DNA of 64,000 nucleotides from positions 246,265,378 through 246,329,377 of the forward strand of contig NC_058135.1 in NCBI RefSeq assembly GCF_016433145.1, in the 5' to 3' direction. Each line of letters opens with the position of its first letter. Position 1 is the first letter of the stretch. The position numbers and the translations under genes are program-made. This stretch comes from Gracilinanus agilis (Eukaryota). The notes under the pieces were generated by a model. The model did no database searches, was not told the origin of the DNA, and saw only the letters and a list, made by a program, of their open reading frames with translations. Below are positions 61,101-64,000 of the stretch, piece by piece.

Positions 61101-63429
61101 TTTAAACATAGGATCATACATCTAGGCTGGTAGGAATCTTAGAGATCATTTAATCCAACCTCTTCAATTCTCAGGAGAAAAAAATGAGACCTCATCTTAA
61201 GTGATTTGGCCAAGGACATATAGGTTGTAGACTTAGGATCCCAAATTGACTCCAAATGCAGAGTTTTCCACTGGACAATACCAGCCCCCATGATCTGTGT
61301 GGATTCCAGCAGATTTGTTGTCTAATTGTGATATTCCCCTCTTCATTCTGAAATAGGAAACTTCAGAATATAGTGAAATTATAATGAAAAATATAGTGCA
61401 ATTTTGTATGAATTTTGTAAGGAAAAGCTGGGTGACTATTTGATTGTAGATGTTACAATAGGTGAGATGTGTGATATGAACTTGAATTGAACTAAATTAG
61501 CTCTATGATTCTTTCCTAGTTTCATTTTGCTTCTGTTAATTTGTCTGATTTCAATTCTATGGAAGAGTGATGCCTCTCCTAGGACAGGCTCAGCACTTCT
61601 GAATTCATCACCTTGCTGCTTATTCAAACATTAATTGATACTACCTTACTCAGATTCTCCTCCCATGTGAATGGAGGACTCCAAAGAAGAGTACCAAATT
61701 CCTCCCAAAGCCTTCCTTTATAGGGAGTAGAACCTGGACCCCGCTCACTCCATTTTGCATCTGCTGACCTGCCTATTTTCAACTCGATAAGGACATCCTG
61801 ATGCTCCTTTCCTCTTTCTCAAGAAGTGCTAAAGGGTCCTTCCTGCCTTTCCTGCCTCCTTGTGTGTGTTCCTATTTTATTGTAAGTTCCTCAAAAACAG
61901 AGATTATCTTGCTTTTTATTAATTGTATCCCCATGCACTTAGCATAATGCCTGAAACATAGTAGTTGATTAATAAATGTTTTTTTTTCGGTTAGACTAAA
62001 ACCAATAATGAATAAAGAGAAAATGGAACTAGAAACAAATGAACAAGGTGACAAAGAAGGCAGCTGGCACAACTAATAATAATTAAAATTGATATAGTAT
62101 ATTTGCAAGGAATTTTAGATGTGTTTCTGATCCTCACAACAATCATAAGTGGTATTATTTTCCTCATTTTACAAAGAGGCAACTGATGATAGGAAAAGTT
62201 AAATGACCTACCCATTGCCACACTAGTATATGTCTGAGATAGAATTTAAACTCGGGTCTTCCTGACTCAAAGTAATATGTACCATTTCTTCTAGTGTCTT
62301 TGGTTTCAACAAAAGTCTAACTAATTTGCTTGATTTTTCTCTGTTGCTGGATATTCATGAATTTAGTCTTTTAGTCTAAAGATACAGAACATTCAATTAG
62401 AAAAAGTGGACACTCTGGGGACTACCATGACCCAAAAGTCTTCTTCCCAAACAATGAAAAGTTTAAAATCATTCATCAAATAATTCCTTTCTTACTTCTC
62501 CGTGGCCATTTGATAGTTAATTCACTATATTTTTAAAGAAAGAAACTTAGCCTGGGAGGCTTTCTAGGCTTCAAGCTGAGGGTTTAAATCTCCATTCCCA
62601 CTGAGATCACCTTGCTCTTCCATATGATGAGTAGCCAATTCTGTTTCTAGATTTCTAGCTTCCAATTTGCTGTTCCCTAGCACCAAGCTGTTGGCCATGG
62701 GACTTACAGAGCATTTGGTTAAAGACCCCTAAATCAATCTGGCTCTTTCAAAAAGGAGAATGCCTTTGGCAGCCCCACTCTTAGCATCTTGCTTGGCTGG
62801 AATCTTTAATTAACACTGTTAAATGCCTTGTAGTATTAGCCCAGGCCAGCAGGATCAAATTTACAGAGACAAAAAGCAAAGATTTTGACAGGGCTGAGGT
62901 CTCATCCCAAGTATAAGCATCTGGCCTTGATATAAGGACAACCAGAATCATACTACCATAGAGTATACACACACTCTCAGATATCTTGTTAGTAATGTTC
63001 TATGATGCCACATAAAATAAAACCATAGTTTCCTGGCCACATTCAGAAATTATGTGTATATGTATTTATACACACCAGACAGAGAAGGACTGAGAAAATA
63101 ATACATGACCCCCATTTTGCAACCTAGATCGGTGCTCACACTGAACTTGGTGTTAAAAGATTTGGGTTCCAGTTTCAACTTTGACACTTAAGGGCTATCT
63201 GTCTCATATCACCCAGTTTTAAAGTGGGAAGAGAAACTCCTGATCCATTCTTATCTCAGTGAGTTGTGATGAGGTTGAAATGAGATAATGTATATAATAT
63301 ACCTCCCTGAATAGATTATGATCTCCTTTATAGAAACTATTTCATTTCATGTTCCTTTGTATTTCCAGGGCACTAGTACAATGTTTGTCACATAAAAGGA
63401 CCTTAACAAATACTTTTTATGGGGTAGTT

Positions 63430-63690
63430 AAATGTTTCCATGGATACAGAGCCTGGGCTAGAAAAATGGAAGGTCTTGTGTTCTAATTTGATCTCAGATA
63501 CTTCCCAACTATATGACTCTGACCATTGTCTAACCTTTATCTCTCTTCTGTCTTGGAACCCATACAGAATATTGGTTTAAAGTACAATAAATAATAATAA
63601 TTGTAAAATTGGTTTAAAGTATAATTAATAAGTAATTGGTTTAAAGTACAATAAATAAACCAATACACAGTAAGAGTTTAAAAAATAAAA
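63430..63690 (+). mobile_element. SINE1_Mdo-type SINE with an internal triplication in its tail
   Basis: CAGATACTTCCCAACT...CTCTTCTGTCTTGGAACC then ATTGGTTTAAAGTA x3, resuming CCAATACACAGT. Confidence 0.7.
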
Positions 63691-64000
63691 AATAAATGCT
63701 TATTAGATGACAGGTTGATGAATATGCTATTCTATAAGTTTGTTAAAAATCTACAGCAGCATAGCATAGATAATAGAGACCCAGCCTCAAAAACAAGATT
63801 TGGGTCCAATACCACTCACTGTCACAGAGTCCCTGTGAATAGGGGCAAGTCACTTTACTGTCATTTCATCCAGACAACTAAGACTCTAAGTTGCAAATGG
63901 TGTACAAGTCAGAATGGGTAGAGTGAAGTTTGCACACTTGATGTTCTCTTAAAACTAATGAAATCCCAGATCCATTTGCTTATGTGTAAAATGTATCATT

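Noticed and set aside
181-63921. The roughly 130 short 60-150 aa ORFs in the supplied track
   Set aside because: Many start at non-ATG codons, overlap SINE/LINE or microsatellite sequence (CVCVCV, YIYIYI, ERRGEE) or have AT-rich random composition; only L1/L2/CR1-derived ones show recognisable motifs.
1-64000. tRNA, rRNA, snRNA, CRISPR arrays or prokaryotic operon features
   Set aside because: None seen; the tRNA-like A/B boxes all belong to SINE heads, and the periodic repeats are microsatellites or transposon copies.

Overview
AT-rich, strongly CpG-depleted, repeat-dense vertebrate DNA. The repeat families (SINE1_Mdo-type SINEs, MAR1 CORE-SINEs with RTE-derived tails, marsupial-type L1 with a long inter-ORF spacer, L2, L3/CR1, hAT MITEs) indicate a marsupial, most likely the opossum Monodelphis domestica (inference from remembered repeat consensus motifs, not a database search). 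I recognise no protein-coding exon of a host gene; the only convincing ORF-track hits are L1 ORF1/ORF2 pieces and decayed L2/CR1 ORF2 remnants. The main non-repeat feature is a CpG-enriched, promoter-like block at about 37.5-38.75 kb. It has several + strand splice donors, a candidate 55-nt exon and a candidate 24-nt microexon, suggesting the alternative promoter/5'UTR of a large + strand gene whose coding exons lie outside the window. The most notable structural items are a TSD-flanked L1 with an intact 5' tip fused directly to the RT motif (42157-44332), a hAT MITE carrying a near-consensus CTCF core (8645-8838), and nested insertions. I see no compelling evidence of a wholly new biological system; the findings are testable leads. 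Repeat boundaries without a stated TSD are approximate (tens of bp), and family names come from motif recall.
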